Origin: Trichoplax adhaerens
Taxonomy: Eukaryota > Animalia > Placozoa
Length of the DNA: 64,000 bases
Assembly (NCBI RefSeq): GCF_000150275.1
Contig: NW_002060944.1
Coordinates: 3,724,123-3,788,122, forward strand
Direction: 5' to 3'
Below the pieces are notes generated by a model. The model did no database searches. It was not told where the DNA came from and saw only the letters and a list, made by a program, of their open reading frames with translations. The position numbers and the translations under genes were made by a program. This document shows positions 1-22,655 of this stretch, one piece after another (the first letter of the stretch is position 1; every line of letters starts with the position of its first letter).

Positions 1-722
1 GAACATACGTGTCTAACGATACGGTATATAATAAAAGTGATAATGATAATATCATTACATATACAGTATTGCAATTATATTAGCACTGTTTTTCATTTTT
101 ATATAGAGATACCTACTAGTTCATAATTAGTTGGCATTTTATTACAACTTATTTATTGTATATACGAATATATATGCGTCAATTAGTTCGTCTTTAGATG
201 CTCTCAAGCTTTGATAGTATGGAATAATATACTTTAAATTGAGAATAAAAAGGAAAAGTGCTTTTCTTCGTGATTGAAGTTAAAATTATGAATAGGGAAA
301 TTTACATCGCTGTAATAGGACACTACAATTTTATACTACAAAATTACGCCCTATATTTATAAAATAAGTAGCTAAGGGATAAAAGCCAAATTACCTAGAC
401 TCTGTATTAAATGCAAATCGAATTTAAAATTTCTATCGATTTTAAGGAAAATCAAGAAATACGTATTATGTAATACTATCATAATCGTTAATAATTTCTT
501 ACTCAACAACTTAATTTCCTTCATATTTTAATAATTCAAGATCTTATTACATTTGCAATGTGGGTGATGATAATTTTAAAATCAGAACACTTGTAATGTT
601 AATAAAATTTTTCTCTCCTTCATGTATCTTTTTTGTCGAAATTCAGTTCGACATAAAATGTTATGTAAGACTAAGATTGACTTCAAATTCATATTATTAT
701 TAATAGCTAATGATCGGAATTT

Positions 723-3563
723 TTAGCTCCGGCATAAAGAATTATTCATCGTCTTCTTTGTGGCCAACGATGTATTACTGTGATGTTCACATACTATATG
801 GCCGTTAACTAGTCGGAAACGATCACCCGATGTTAATCGACTTGTACATACTACACAGGTAAAGCAATTGGGATGGTAAGCTCTCTGATTTAACTTGAGA
901 ACCATCTCGTCGGGTGATATTGCCTGAAGACAACCTGCACAGCTGCCACCACTACCAAAGCGCCTGTAGAATAGTAATAGTGGCATTTAATATTATGACA
1001 TGTTTTATGATCTATAAAGAAACTTTGAAGATGAAAGAATACAATCATCATTTCATACTGTAGTCAAATAAGAATACTACCATGCTATTATAAATATTAA
1101 TTATCATAACAACAATAACGAGTAATAAAAATCAATATATGTAATCATCATGATCAATATAATTATCATAATAAGAATGACGAAGTAATAAAGTATAATC
1201 AATTTATTGCTAAGATCAGTTTATGATTATACTGTAGAAGTGTAAACCAATGAATCAGAATATTATGTAATCTTGTGATATGAGCTATACTAATTATAAA
1301 AGCAATCATTTTTAATGATATCAAAAAAGATAATAGGTGTAATTAAAATTAATTGGAAACAGATCATAATGTTATTAAATCATAAAAAACTTGTCAACTG
1401 ATGAGTAGCCTCTGCCAACCTAATACTCTTTTCTTTTCTTAGGCAACTCATAGTAAGTCATTGTACAATTTTAAATATCGATTTTTCCTCTTTCTCTCTC
1501 TCTCCTTTTGGATTGAAAAGTTAAAACGAATTTAACCTTGGGATAATATTTCATGGTTGAATAGAATAGAAAATGATTGAATTATTCTAATTGATATGTT
1601 CTATTAATGACAAGGGGGAAAAAAGAGAATCACACCGTATTCTTCTTGCTTATTGCTTTTCTTCACCTTTAATTCATAATATTGTTTGAAGATATTATTC
1701 GTTAAAAAAAGATTGCGATTGATGAGAAAAATTGAGCTAACCTTAAATGCTCAACTACAGTTATCTTGTACACCTGGTGTCTAACAGGGTTGAATATGAT
1801 GACAATGAGAATCATTTCATTTCATTTTGTTGAACGATTTCAAGTTGAATAAGTGAAGATAATTAGAAAATAGTAGGATATTTAATCCCTATAAAAATAT
1901 CGGTGTCTATGGAGGATGTAGTTATGTATAGCAAGTTTACATATATTGAAGTAAACGACTTTCACCCAACTGAAAACAATTACTTGATTTATTCAAACCA
2001 CGCAATTCAATTAGCAATTCTAACATGCTTTACTATGATAAATTAGTTTCCCTACCATGAGAATTAAAAAATTAATAGACAATAGTGTTATGGCCTTCAC
2101 AACTATTATTGAATAACATTGAACAATCGTTTGGTTACCGATGACGAAAACAATCATGCCTCATTTCCCCTTAAGTATTCCCCTACAGCATGTAATGGTT
2201 TAATTAAATCGGAATTTAAATCAATGGATTGCAAAGAAAAGAATAAACAAGTTTAAGAAGAAATTGACTGAAAGGAAATCAATTAACGTGGCTGTATATA
2301 ATGAAAAGAAAAGTGTCAATAAAAGAGATCAAAATAAATGGAATTTATTAGTGATGACATGATAGTCAGCAGTCATGGCGAAAAAATGATAACTGGTCTT
2401 AAACGACATCAAAATAGTATTATTGATATTAATGATCGGTGTTAAAATAAGAGATAGATTGATTAAATATATATACATCACCAAAATTAATGCGAACTGT
2501 AATGCTAGCATAAATAGAAATTTCAAGATTCTACTGCTGAACTACTGCCTTAATGTTGAATCTGTATGATATCTTCGTTGAAGGCAGCTGTCTTGAAGAA
2601 GATTTTTAATTTTTTACGATCAAATAAGTTTGTCTTACGCAAAATCAGGTCCATTGCGATAAAAATATGTCGATTGAGCACGTCTTAGTAGCGAAAAAGA
2701 ACTTATTAGATCATCTAAGATCTGATGGTAATTTACTGTAACATAGTCTAATCATATAAGTACATAAACCTTAATATAACTAAAAAAAGTGCTATCGATG
2801 TCATGATAAATTCTATCTGATATTGCTAAACTGAATCCTTTCAACCATTTCGTGTCAAAATGATACCTTGTAATATATATTCAAGAAGAAAATAGAAGCC
2901 AATCATTTACTTAGATGACGCTGTAGTCAATCAGAGCGACTAAGTTGGCTATAACCTCTTTTTTTCAACAATTGCTAATAAAATGGATCAAGGTCAAAAA
3001 AATTATAACTGACGGAGAACTGCTTTAAAAATTGGGTTAATATTCTAGTAATAGCTAATTTGTAAAAGTAAATGGCTTACTATCCATGATATTAAAACAT
3101 AACATCAAATAGAAGGTAGGTTTAATTTGATAACGAAAAAAGAAAAAAAGTACCGGTAAGCACTTACAAAAAATATTACGCAATTAAACTAATTCATAAA
3201 AAGAGATTAATTTAAAAAATATTATTCGATCATGCCCTGGTTTAACAAATAGTAACTATAGAAACTACGGATTTATTTTAGTGTCTGAGTTTGTGATCTG
3301 AGTTGGGTAAATTAAATCTCATCATCAAAGAAATAGATACATAAGTTTAAAAGAATAACAATTAATATGGAAGTAATAACACACCTGATATAATCTCGTT
3401 GACATAAAATCAAGCCAGATTTGTAATAGCATTTTGTTGCTACGTCATCTAATCTTATGCCACAGCAAGAACATTTTAAACAGTTAACATGCCAATGCCT
3501 ATCCATCGACAAGAGAAGATGTTTATCGCGAATTTCAGTTCCACAACCAGCACATGTATACAT
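723..3563 (-). CDS. LMO4: LIM-domain-only protein, LMO4-like (2 coding exons: 3563-3385, 963-723; ~139 aa)
   Basis: ATG at 3563 gives MYTCAGC...WHVNCLKCSCC...LILCQRDYIR. A phase-2 GT-AG intron (AG|GTGTGT at 3385/3384, TACAG| at 964) joins this to RFGSGGSCAGC...YHPNCFTCVVC...CEHH and TAA at 725-723. There are two tandem LIM domains and no homeodomain, and the DYIR-xFG linker is typical of LMO proteins. Probable 5'UTR intron: acceptor ~3805, donor GTAAGC ~4126. Confidence 0.9.
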
Positions 3564-6490
3564 AGTGATGTTCGTCAATAGTAATTAAAATGATTAATTT
3601 AAAAGAGCCACCAAGAAAGAGATAAATCGGATAAAATAGTTTTTTTTATGGATATACTCATATATATATGAGTATATATATATATAGATAGATTGAAGTT
3701 GAAAGTAGAGGAGGAAGTAATCAATGTCGAATAGTGATTAAGAAGAAAAAAACTGCCTTAGGTTGATTAATGACAGCGGTCAGTCTAGGCAAGAAATGGA
3801 TCGACCTAAAATAATAGAGTTGGAACATAAGAAAAATTAATAGAGGAAGGATAAAATTTCGTTACGATAATAGTACAAGTTGGAAAGCTCCAATTCTATA
3901 TCCAATTTGCAATTGTTTATCCATTGCAATTAATGGAAAACCCGTAAAACAGAAAACACTTAAAATCAATTTCTTCCAAATCTAATTCCATCATTTAAAG
4001 TATATCCATTACTCGATATGAGTAATTTATCGTTACCATCGATGACTGGTGATGGAAGAAAGAAAGAATGATGCTTATTCTACATCATGGGCAATCCGAA
4101 AACTTTAATCTTCAATTATAGCTTACCGAATGAATAGGCAATCGATTTTTTTACCATGGAAAGAATAAGATTCTGAGAGAATAATCGATGTAATAGTCAA
4201 TTTGCCATTAAATGGAAGAAAGCAAGCATTGGCATGACAAGTCAAAGGTGATAGAGAGTTGGATGAGTATCAGTCAAGCTAATTATTGGATAAAATTCTG
4301 ATGGTAATAACATGGATTGCATTCCACAAGGGGACTGACTGTATTGAATTATGTGTGTTAATAATTTAGCTCTTGTTTTTCATTATCAATATTAGAAGGT
4401 TTGCGTTTACTACGGGCTTATATATAGAATAGCTTAATGAGATTTTCTTTTGAAATCAAATCATCAGCTCGTGCTAAAACCTATCCAATCATGATAATGG
4501 CGGCAATCATGTGATTTTACAAGACACAACTTAATACATTTCCCACCATATTGATTGGTTCAAATTATTTTATAACATGAATAATCTAATTTATAGTATA
4601 AATTAATTATATTATAATGACCATGCTGTCAGAAGTTTACAATTAATTAATTAATTAATTGATTGAAATTCTTGCTATGACATGGAGTTATGGGCAGGTG
4701 GAGGAGAGATGGGTTTATGTTTCATGGCTTGGATAATACATGGTATAAGTGATAGAAGACGGATTGGGGATAGTGAGACCTATCCTGCTGGAATAGCAAG
4801 ATTCAAAATTATTCTAGGACAATTCATTATAAATTGATAATTAATATCATTCATCTTTTTTCTATTCTAAAGATAGTTTACTCTGATCGTAAATGGTAAG
4901 AGGATAAGTAATGGTTGAAAATGAATTCAATTTAATTTAGCAAACAATAACGCCTTGTGCATAGAAATGAGTGTGCAAGCTGCTGTATATAAAATTGATA
5001 TTAGAAAAAAAGAATGAGACACTACGAAGCCTAATATTTTCATTGATTAGGTCGACAAACTGAAATGGATCATTATTAACGAAGAGCTTATAGTAGAACA
5101 GATAGGGCAGCTTTTCAATAAGACAGTTGTTATTTATACACTTAAATCTATTATGAAGTACAGCAATTTCTAGTTTTCCAGGAATAGGGACTATCCTCAC
5201 GGATAATTGGATTGTTCACCATGCCTTTTCATTAAAATTAACTGTTCATCGCCATTTGCAATTCATTTTAAGATTTTAATTGGTCATAAATTATAATTTA
5301 TGATTTCTTATTGAGTTATGCATTAGTCAATAGTGACTCATTACTGTTTACTAGTTATTAGTCAATAGTTTTTCATCGTTATCCTTTAACCGTTATCCAT
5401 CTTATTTGTTAAGGTAACTTCATTCAAGTAATTCTCATGACTTGCACTCGCTAAATTGTTCGAATTGGATCTACAATTCTTCATTGTCACTATGTGAATT
5501 ACTATTTTTTTTATGAAGGTAAGGTTTAATCCTGGAATTCGAAGCTGAAAGTCGGCCGGCTAGGTGCATTATTATTGTCCTCCTTCACGCTAATTTTCTT
5601 ACTTTTGATCCTCTTTTTTGATATTTTGGATAATTAATCATCCACGAGTTTATTGCATATGAGATTTTATACTTTATAAATAGCAGCAGCGATCATATCA
5701 TCATTAGTAATGCAAAGTAGGATTATTAAAGTGATCATAATTGCTAGTCCTAACTGATAGGAATTGACCAGAATTCCATGGATCAGTTTTCGTTGATGGA
5801 GTCAGAATTGACTCAATTCTGACTAAGCGTTTGCTAACAAATAATGAAAGCAATAAATTAATCAGCATTGGCTAGATATTACAAGTTAGTATTTGCTACT
5901 TTCCTGTCTTGATTCCATCATTTAACAATGTCGAACTTAAAGGATGGCTATTAAATGCTCTACTTGAGATTATCCTTGAACGATTGCATGGTTGAACTTT
6001 GAACCCCGCTGCGATTATTTTCTGCACTAACTGGAGGGGGATAGCTTCCATTTAACTTGTTTAACAAGATTCTGCTTTCCACTTATAGTCTATGAGTAAG
6101 TTAATATAGATGGACTAGTTTAAACTGTTGCATCCTTTTCCAGGAACTATTAATTAACTGTACTTATATTTTTTAAACTTGCCCTCCCGAAAAGCCAGTT
6201 TCCAACTTATTAGTGCATTAAGCAACATGATGGAATGCTCAATCATGATTTCGTTTACAGCTAGTAAGTACCACAAACTGATAGAACACGGTGAACTATT
6301 CTCTAAGTCAGTAAACAAGTAGGCCAAATAGCATGAGCTGGGTGGTCGATTAATTCTCTATCTATAATTTAATTAATGATATAATCGCTCTTTGATCATG
6401 CTCAAATCTATACTAGGCCTAAGTGGGTTATTTCATCAAAGTCAAATACTGCAGGACTCATTGATGATGACAATTAAACTGTTTGTGTTA

Positions 6491-6900
6491 TCAGATTAAA
6501 TAGATTTAATAAGTTAAACAATCCCCCATTCTTTATTCAACCTACATGAAAACTTCCCTTCTCGCTAGTCTACGATAGCAATTCTAAATCAGAGATTAAA
6601 TGTAGCGCTATTAGCCTAGTTTGTATTATTAGATTAAATAGATTTAAGCTAAATCATCCTCCATTCATATCTATTCTAGATACCAATATCCATTCTCTAT
6701 AGTTTAGGATAGCAATCTCAAGTTAGCGATGAAACGTAGCGATATTAACCTAATTTGTAATATAAGATTAAATAGATTTAAGCTAAACTATCCTCCATAC
6801 TATATCCATTTTTCGTGATAACGTCCTTTCTCAATAGCTTGGTTTTACGATAGCAATTTCAAATCAGTGATGAATTGTAGCGTTATTAGCCCAATTTAGA
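6491..6900. repeat. Degenerate tandem repeat, 3 copies of ~136 bp
   Basis: AGATTAAATAGATTTAA recurs at ~6493, ~6631 and ~6766, each followed by GATAGCAAT and GTAGCG.TATTA.CC blocks. Confidence 0.8.
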
Positions 6901-7014
6901 AGACTCTAGCATATTGTCAGAGCAATCCAAACTATAGAGTTTATTTCAGGGATTCTTTATACAGTGAAATATAAAGTGACATTAACCGTCCCTTGCCATA
7001 TTCTTGCGCCCAAA

Positions 7015-7680
7015 ATTGTTTTCTTCTTATTGCTAGTTTACTAGACATCTTAGAGAGCTTTCTTAATTCCCTACAGCACTAGGTCTGTGTTTACCTTTGG
7101 CAGCTCATAAATCCTTCCACCTCCCCACACTTCTACTTGCACACTAAATAGTTTTCTTCTTATTGCCATACAGCTAAAAATGCTTTCCTGATCGAGCATA
7201 GCACTAGGCCAGTGTTTATCTGAATTGCTCTCCACTCCCTTGCGTTAATTTTAGCACTCATAGGCCGTTACTCCACTTCAGAGAATTTCAAGGATTTTCT
7301 CTTAAAAGTTCCTGCTCCAAGTCTACTTATACACACTAAATACTTTACTTCTATTACTATACAGCTAAGAAAGCTTTCTTGATTAATCACAGCACTAGCA
7401 TAGTACTACTAGGTTTATGTTTATCTGAGTTACTTTCCATTCCTCTGCGTTACCTTTAGCGCCCATTAATCGTTGCTACACCTCTACTTGCATATTGAAT
7501 ACTTTTCTTTCTTTTAGTAATAGGCATATAGACCCATAAATATATACAGGCTATTAAGAAAGCTTTCTTGACCAAGTACTAGGTCTGTGTTTTATCGATG
7601 TTACTCTCCTCGCCTCCAGCACCCTCAACCTTCTTTCATGGATATTTATACACTAATGGTTTTCTTTCTGCTACTATACT
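7015..7680. repeat. Degenerate tandem repeat, ~4 copies of 130-190 bp
   Basis: Recurrent blocks TTTTCTTCTTATT...AGCTTTC.T...ACTAGGTCTGTGTTT...CTACTTG/CACACTAAATA start at ~7019, 7152, 7343 and 7503. Confidence 0.75.
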
Positions 7681-8589
7681 CTGTAATATGAAACTACTAG
7701 CAAAAAATCTGTTTGCACTTTTCTAGTAGTCTCTGCTCTTCTATATTACATTTATCATCAATAGCACTTTACCATCATCTCTGAACTGAAATATCTCTCT
7801 CCAACATACTGTAGCAGTATTTCAGTATCTTTTCTAACCATTTTGAGCATTGTACTCTGAACTTTGAATAGAAAATGATCTCAAAACTGGAATTTTCCTC
7901 GTTGGTATTCAGTATAGCATTATCAGATAATATATAACGAGGTAGTGTGCTATGCAGAGTAGCGCACCATTCAGTCCTATTACTCAATTCCTACTCCATA
8001 GGTATAACGGAACACTTCATTGTGCTTCTAATCGGGAATAAAACGAAAGCAAACAAAAATGGAGCTATTAGTATTCGGATCTAGCGCTCGATATTTGATT
8101 CATCTGGCTTACAAAAGATGATGTTCTTCATTGTAGTTCTTCAAGCTACAAGCAACATAGCTATCATATTAATGAGCTAGTGATGCCAGCGGCCTTTATA
8201 GGAATCCCAAGTCAATTATACTACTGTGTTATCGTACCGATTCATTGATTTACATTTAATGAAGTAAAAGTATGATATAGAAATTGAATTCAATCGGATT
8301 GGAAAGCGAAAAGGAAAAGTTAGACCATTCAAGAAGAAAACAGGATGGTTAAGACAATCAATGATATTGAATAAAAGTTGATTAATGAATGATACAATCA
8401 ATGGATCATCTGGATCAATATTACTGGCATTAGGGTCTTTTATTAGCGGCGTTTATGCTTATTCGAAAGTCTGTAGCAGGAATCAATCTTCTCTATTCCA
8501 CATTTGAAACATTATGGCATTGAGCTTTCAGCAATGCCTATTCATCAATATTTAGGCTTAGTAGGGCAGTACTCTATTTGTTATTATGT

Positions 8590-9080
8590 CTGCAGCCTAC
8601 TGTAATTAGTTATGAAGTAGAGTAGAAGATCTCTTTCGTCATCAACTAACTACTCTTATTATGCTATGGTTAAAATATGAAGTAGAGTGGAAGATTACCG
8701 TTGCCATCAAATTAATCTCACTCAATGTAATCTAAATTACCAATCTACGTATGTGTAGATTCAAGGATATTAGTAAACATCGATATTATGCCAACATTAA
8801 AATATAAAATAGAGTGAAAGATCGCTGTCGCCCTAAACTTAATCTTCCTATCCACAATCGAAAATACTGATCTATGAACTTATAGGTTTACGGTGATTAA
8901 TCTCACTCTAGTTCCCTTCCAATGAATATCGATATTATGATAGCGTGGAGTAGATGATCACTATATCGACATAAATTTAAAATCTAGAATGTAAAACACG
9001 AGTCTACGAACGTATAGGTTTACGTGTATTCATCTCATTCTACTTCCGCTATAATTAACATCAATATTATGCCATAGTCT
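8590..9080. repeat. Highly degenerate tandem repeat array
   Basis: ATGAAGTAGAGT.GAAGAT recurs at ~8612, 8677 and 8804. ATC(G/A)ATATTATG recurs at ~8779, 8928 and 9060. TCTACG/TATAGGTTTAC blocks also recur. Confidence 0.6.
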
Positions 9081-12000
9081 ACAGTTCAACCTGAATCAAT
9101 TATAAATAACACAACTACAACAATAATACGACAGCTAGAATTAAGTTTAGAGGTATACTATTCTATTATTACGGTATAATAGTCCTCTTGGATATTTATA
9201 AATGGTTTGCAAATTGGACGATAGTGATTCATTAATAATTCAAAAGCAATATCTAAATATGTTGATCGCATCAAAATAGCTCGTACGTAGCTTTGCCATG
9301 GTGATCTTTTTGTAGTCTTTGATTACAATTCAGTTAGGCCCATATTAAATATACATGTATGCTTGTATCGTTACCTTGTTTGTATTTGGCAAATTATTAT
9401 TCTGTTAATTACAACTGCTTATTAATATACATCTCATGACAACTTTCATCGATACTAATTACTGTAAATGATCATTATCCAATCTTGATTCATATAGACT
9501 AAGATGACTATAATCGCTACAGAGTGCAGTCAATTCGTCGAATTGGTATCCATTAAATGGAGCTTACCGGTATTATAAGCAGGGAAAATTGAATAAAATG
9601 TGGATATAAAACAGTCATATCAGCCAAGAATAGTTATTGTACCACAATTAGAGGAAATAATGAAGACCAAGAGTAAAATAAAAAATCTTATTACTCTAAA
9701 CTATAGTACATTATCATTACATGCAATCAAACAAAACAAGAAAAAAGGAAGAAAAAAAGCAAATAATACGTAGAATACAATCAAAACAGGATACATCATA
9801 AATGTGGTCTTAAATTCTTTTAGATAACAATAGTTGAATGTTTGATAATTGAGGCAAGTGAAAAATAGGTTGCTATGTCTAGTTTGTTAAATATATTCAC
9901 CTCTAACTTTGCTAAGACAAGAACAATTAATGAATTGCATGTTACAACTACAACTATAATGGTTAGGCTCCCGATCAAATATCGACATTATGCTTTAAGG
10001 AACATTTCAACTAAAGACTAGCCGCAGAACATCACTGATTGCCGGTAAAAAAAAAGTAAGAAAAGATTATTGATTGGCAAGAGAATACTAATAAAATCAA
10101 CCCTATCGAAGGCAAAAATTAATTTTTGTTGCTAGCAATAAGTTTTGTACAACTTATGATCTGATAATTCTAGGAAAATATCCATTCAGCTTTAGTCTCA
10201 CAACAAAAAGTGTATCTACAAGGGAATTTACCATGCAGAGCTATATATCAAAATTTTAAAGTAAAAAGGTAGAAATACCAAACAACCATATCCGAATAAG
10301 TGTACTAGAGGGACCATTTCGTCAAGAAAAAGGACTCCGATTTGGTCAATATTGATATCATGACTACAACATTTTCAAACAGAATTTTATGACAAGATTA
10401 TTTATTTATTTCTTCAACTTACCTTCAAATGATTGGATGTAGACGTGAAGAAATAACAGATTTTAATTCAAATCCAACTTATGATTGAAATTATTCAGCT
10501 AGTCCGTTATGGCTTGAGCAAAGCATCAAAATTTATTCAATTGCTCAATTAAACTAGTATTTTTATCCAACGATTGTGCTGATGATTTAAAATCGTATTA
10601 GTTCGATACCCTTCGACTACAGAAGCTTAGACGTCGTATATCTACATGTAGATTAAATAGATAATGAATTCTGCATCACTATTGCTATCGATATATCAAG
10701 TTAAGCGAATGAATGGAAAAACCTACATAATAGTTTAATTGCAATGTTGAATTGACGTAAGAGATTGGATTGTCAATCTTTACAAGTAGAATATCATCAA
10801 CTAAAATACGTGGAAGTATAAAAAGTGAGAATCAATAGGTATAATATCATGTTTCAAGCGTTGAATAATTATCGAAATTAATTAAAGTAAAATTTCAATA
10901 GATTCCATCGACATTAACGGTAATTAAACTATTGTTTCAATATCAACAACAATATCTGCCGAATGGATATTAATCATTTCTCAATTCCTAATGTTAATAA
11001 ATATGTGAATTAGATTTTAACCTTGTATTATACTCAAGATGAAAGACTAAAAAAAATAATTTCATTCATTCATTATGTAATTAAAATAAAAAAAATGTTT
11101 TCTATTAATCACTTTAATTAGATAACAACATTTGCATAGAACGTTAAAATAACATCTTGATAGATATTAATTAAAAATATATTAATAATAAATGAAAATA
11201 AAAACTTGAATTTATTAATAAATACATTCGAGATAGATATCAACCTTTGTTAGTTATATATTATTAATAGGGGAAGAAAACGAATATAATAATAAAGAAA
11301 GTCGTCATAATTAAATAAATTGAATTTTATGGTCAGCATTTGCAGTAGATAATTTCAGCTTTCATAAAAGAATTGAATTTGAAAGAAAACTATCAATAAT
11401 TTTTCCCAGTTGAGATATTCAATTATTGATGAAATAAGGATCGTTGTGATGAACAAGATGACTGAATCAATGGAAGAAGATATAATTAAAGAAAACTCTA
11501 TTTCTCGTCTATTCTTTCACAATCACGTATATTATAATTATTATCGTATTCGATACTAGTAAGCTTAAAGATGCTTGAAACTTTTTAAAAAACTTATGGT
11601 TTGCTNTCATAAATTAATTCTTGAAGTCTTTACTAGAACATTTATTAGTATAGTGTATTACCAATGTGATATGAACTATTAGGATATCCAATGTTAGCAC
11701 TATATTTTTGCAGTATTAAATATTGTTATAAAAATGTTAACTTTCTCATCTCTAATTAAATTCCACAGATATTTACTAGATTTCAATTTCTTAATATATC
11801 AAATTAATAAAGTTTACATTATTTGCAGAAATCGCATAGAATAAACAAATGGAGCCGATTTAATTTCGATTTTAAAAGTCAAAATTGGTTTTTATTTATG
11901 TCACTCTAAAGAATCGATAGAAAATCAATAGCCTTTCTCCTTCACTATTTACATGACTTTAGTACAGTATGACATACTAATTAAATTATCCAGACACTAT

Positions 12001-15000
12001 TGTTAGCAATTATCTACTAATTAAAAAATTACTTTTAATTCTAATAATCATGATAGAAATCTATCTATTTATTTCTACTCTCTGTTGTAACGAATAACGC
12101 AAGATAGTGAAGGAATATATTAAATTCGATTTATTTAACTTATCAACAAAACATAACCGTAAATTAAAATACAACAGCATTTTATCTACTCTAAAGCATA
12201 AACCTTTATTACTTTACGAAATGATCTCCTTCTATAACGTCAAGACTATCATTTTTTTCGATCCAAATTACTGTAACAATTTACGATAAAACATAATGCA
12301 TAAAATGTCAATATAAAATACAATTTCTCAGTATATCATATAAAGAAAATTAATAATAATCTTCGTATGCATCACTGATTAATAGGAAGTTGCATTATGA
12401 AATAAGTAAAGGTTATTACAATTTCACCAATCCGCTGCATTGCAGCTATCTTTTCATGTTAAAATTAAATGGAATTAAATTTAAGTTTATGCTTTGTTTC
12501 GATAATTTTATTATTCAATTAATCGCATAAACTATATCGAAGTGATAGATGCATTCGAATAATTGGCAATCAGTGCCGCACTTTCATCTCATATTATTAA
12601 TTATATCTTCGTTATATTTCAACAATCATTTCTTCAAAGATACAACCTATCAAACGAAATTAATATCTTACTACCAAGGTGAAAAATTTTATCTTGATAA
12701 TGTGGAAACCTGGCATATGTTATTAATTGCAATTCACACAGATATCGCACAATACTGCTGTTCTTCTTTAGAAATTTTATTCTTTAATCAAATAAATCTG
12801 TGGCTTACTAAATCCTATTTAATTGAATGTTAACTGAGATTTTTCATTTCTTAAAAAATATGTTATTCTTACCATTTCATTTAATCGATGGCTATTGCCA
12901 GAATTTATGTTATGCATCTATGTTTATAGCTATTCATATCTGAAATGGTGATATTTATAAATCGGGTAAGAGAAAAAGAATAAAATCTACTAATATATGA
13001 ACGAAGTAAAAAGTAATAGAATGAGGAATACATTCATTGAAAGGTAGAAAAGGAGAAGAAAAATAGTAACCATAATAATAACAAAGTTTAACTAAGCAAT
13101 TAAGTACAATAGGCAATATTAATGAGTCATAATTGAAAAATACAACGGCAACAGCTACATCTAGAAATTGCGATTTAGATATTATAACGTTCGTAATCAA
13201 TACGATCCTGTATAATATTTAAACTGCATGGAATTAATAAACTGGAAATTTTTCTGCAGCTAAATGAATGACTGAAGCAATTGAATAGATTATCAGGAAT
13301 AATTCCAAAATCTAAGCCCTAAAGTACTTAGAAATGCAGTAAGTCAGCATTATTTTCTACAGAATAGACATTTAAAAGGTAGTAAATCCGTCACAGCCTT
13401 GAATTCTTTATTAATAACTTCGATAAAGTAAGAATAGCTTCGTGATGTAACTGCATATTAATCGTTTCTATTCTTGATTCGATTCTATTAGATATATGTG
13501 CTTGTACTTAAGTAAAATGTAGCAAAGCTATTAATAGATAATGCAGAATTTCGTTTAATTAGTAAAATTAAAAGGTTCTAGATCGGGAACTAAGATATCA
13601 TATATCGCTTATTACGGGATACACCTTTAACTTTTACTCTATTTTTGAAGCAAACATATCTTGTTGCTGTCGGTGTACTTCAGATTTATCACGATTGATA
13701 AATATATCTGCGTGATTGCCCATTTATCTTTGTTAGAGGTTAATAGCAAAACCTTAGCTTCAATTAGATGATGCTATTAACTTTATTGAGCCTGTTATGA
13801 TAATTAACGCGGTTATGGTGATGTTTATCCACGTACTGATTATGGAGTATAATAGAAAATGCTACATGATGAAATTTTTAAACTGACCCTATACACAATT
13901 TCCTCAATTATAATTAATGCTATTTGGCATAGAAAGCTGCATTAATTTTCCCTATGTTACAACTTTGAGCATGAATTTGGATAAATGTTAAAGTACTTAT
14001 TCATCACCGGTATATCTCCAAGCTCGGCATAGTTGATATATCGATAAAATTTGTATTTTTTATTAAAAAAAATAATGTCCATAATAGCGATTAGTACATA
14101 TCCAACCAATTAATACTACGTAACAGTTTATAACAAGTTAGATTTATCATCTCAATTGAACAGTAAAGTTACTTTCAATATATAATGATGCAGTTAATCG
14201 ATTAAATAATTAAGGTTTAACGATAACGTATACAATATTCTTAGTTACACTAGCATTACCTTAATAGTACTATATAAATCATTAACATTTTTATACCGCT
14301 TAGAATTGTATTTTTATTTTAAATTTTCTATTATCAGTTACGATTACTATCTTCTGCCTTAAAGAGTGTTGCTGTCATCAAATAAATATAGTACATCCTA
14401 TTAATATAAAAATATTCCGGTATGGAAATTATGCATAACCGTAGTATAGCAATTGCTTAACTACATCTTTGATAACCATAGCGGCACTTCATGAATATTA
14501 ATATTACAACAAATTCATTCTGTAAACATCTCTCATAACTAATATAACACAAAAACTCAATAAGAACAAAAGTCTGAAAAAGCCAAAATATCGTTGGCAT
14601 TCGGTTATACTTTACACTGCAAGAAATAACAACTAAAAGCGCACACACCTGGCATGCGTTTTTTTACAATATTGAGTTCGTATGCCTAGTTCACAAACTG
14701 TAAGTTCTAAAAAGACTTCATACAATAAAAAGTCACGATAAAAGTCACATTCTGTACAAGCCATCTATCTAGGCATCAAAAATTTAAAATTTAGATAATT
14801 TGTAATTTCAAATAATGTGCAAAGGTGCTCATTATAATTTTAGAAACTATATCCTAATTATTTCTCCAATATAAATCGCGATACGACCATGGTCAAAATG
14901 CTCTTGTGTCAGATTGATGCATTTATGGATGGATATAAATCTTAGGTATGACAACAATGATTTTGTTTATAGTGAAAACTAACACAGTTTACGACAAACT

Positions 15001-15198
15001 ATTTTAATTACCTAAAAATTATTTATCGCTTCCTATACATAGCGATACAAGAACATAACTTTGTACATAAATATTGTGCACAACAGTACATATTAAAGTC
15101 TACCAGGCATCTTTTTATACATTGCTTACTGTCTTTAATTAAAATCTATCCATGTTTGCTTCTTATAGTCAAAAGTAAAATAAAATTGAATTCCTTTC

Positions 15199-22655
<7,457 letters not shown>

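Noticed and set aside
10420-10650. Isolated minus-strand donor (AAG|GTAAGT ~10421) with an upstream acceptor in the LMO upstream region
   Set aside because: The segment has multiple stop codons and I found no partner exons. It may be chance or an untranslated exon.
11607-11607. Single ambiguous base 'n'
   Set aside because: Assembly ambiguity, not a biological feature.
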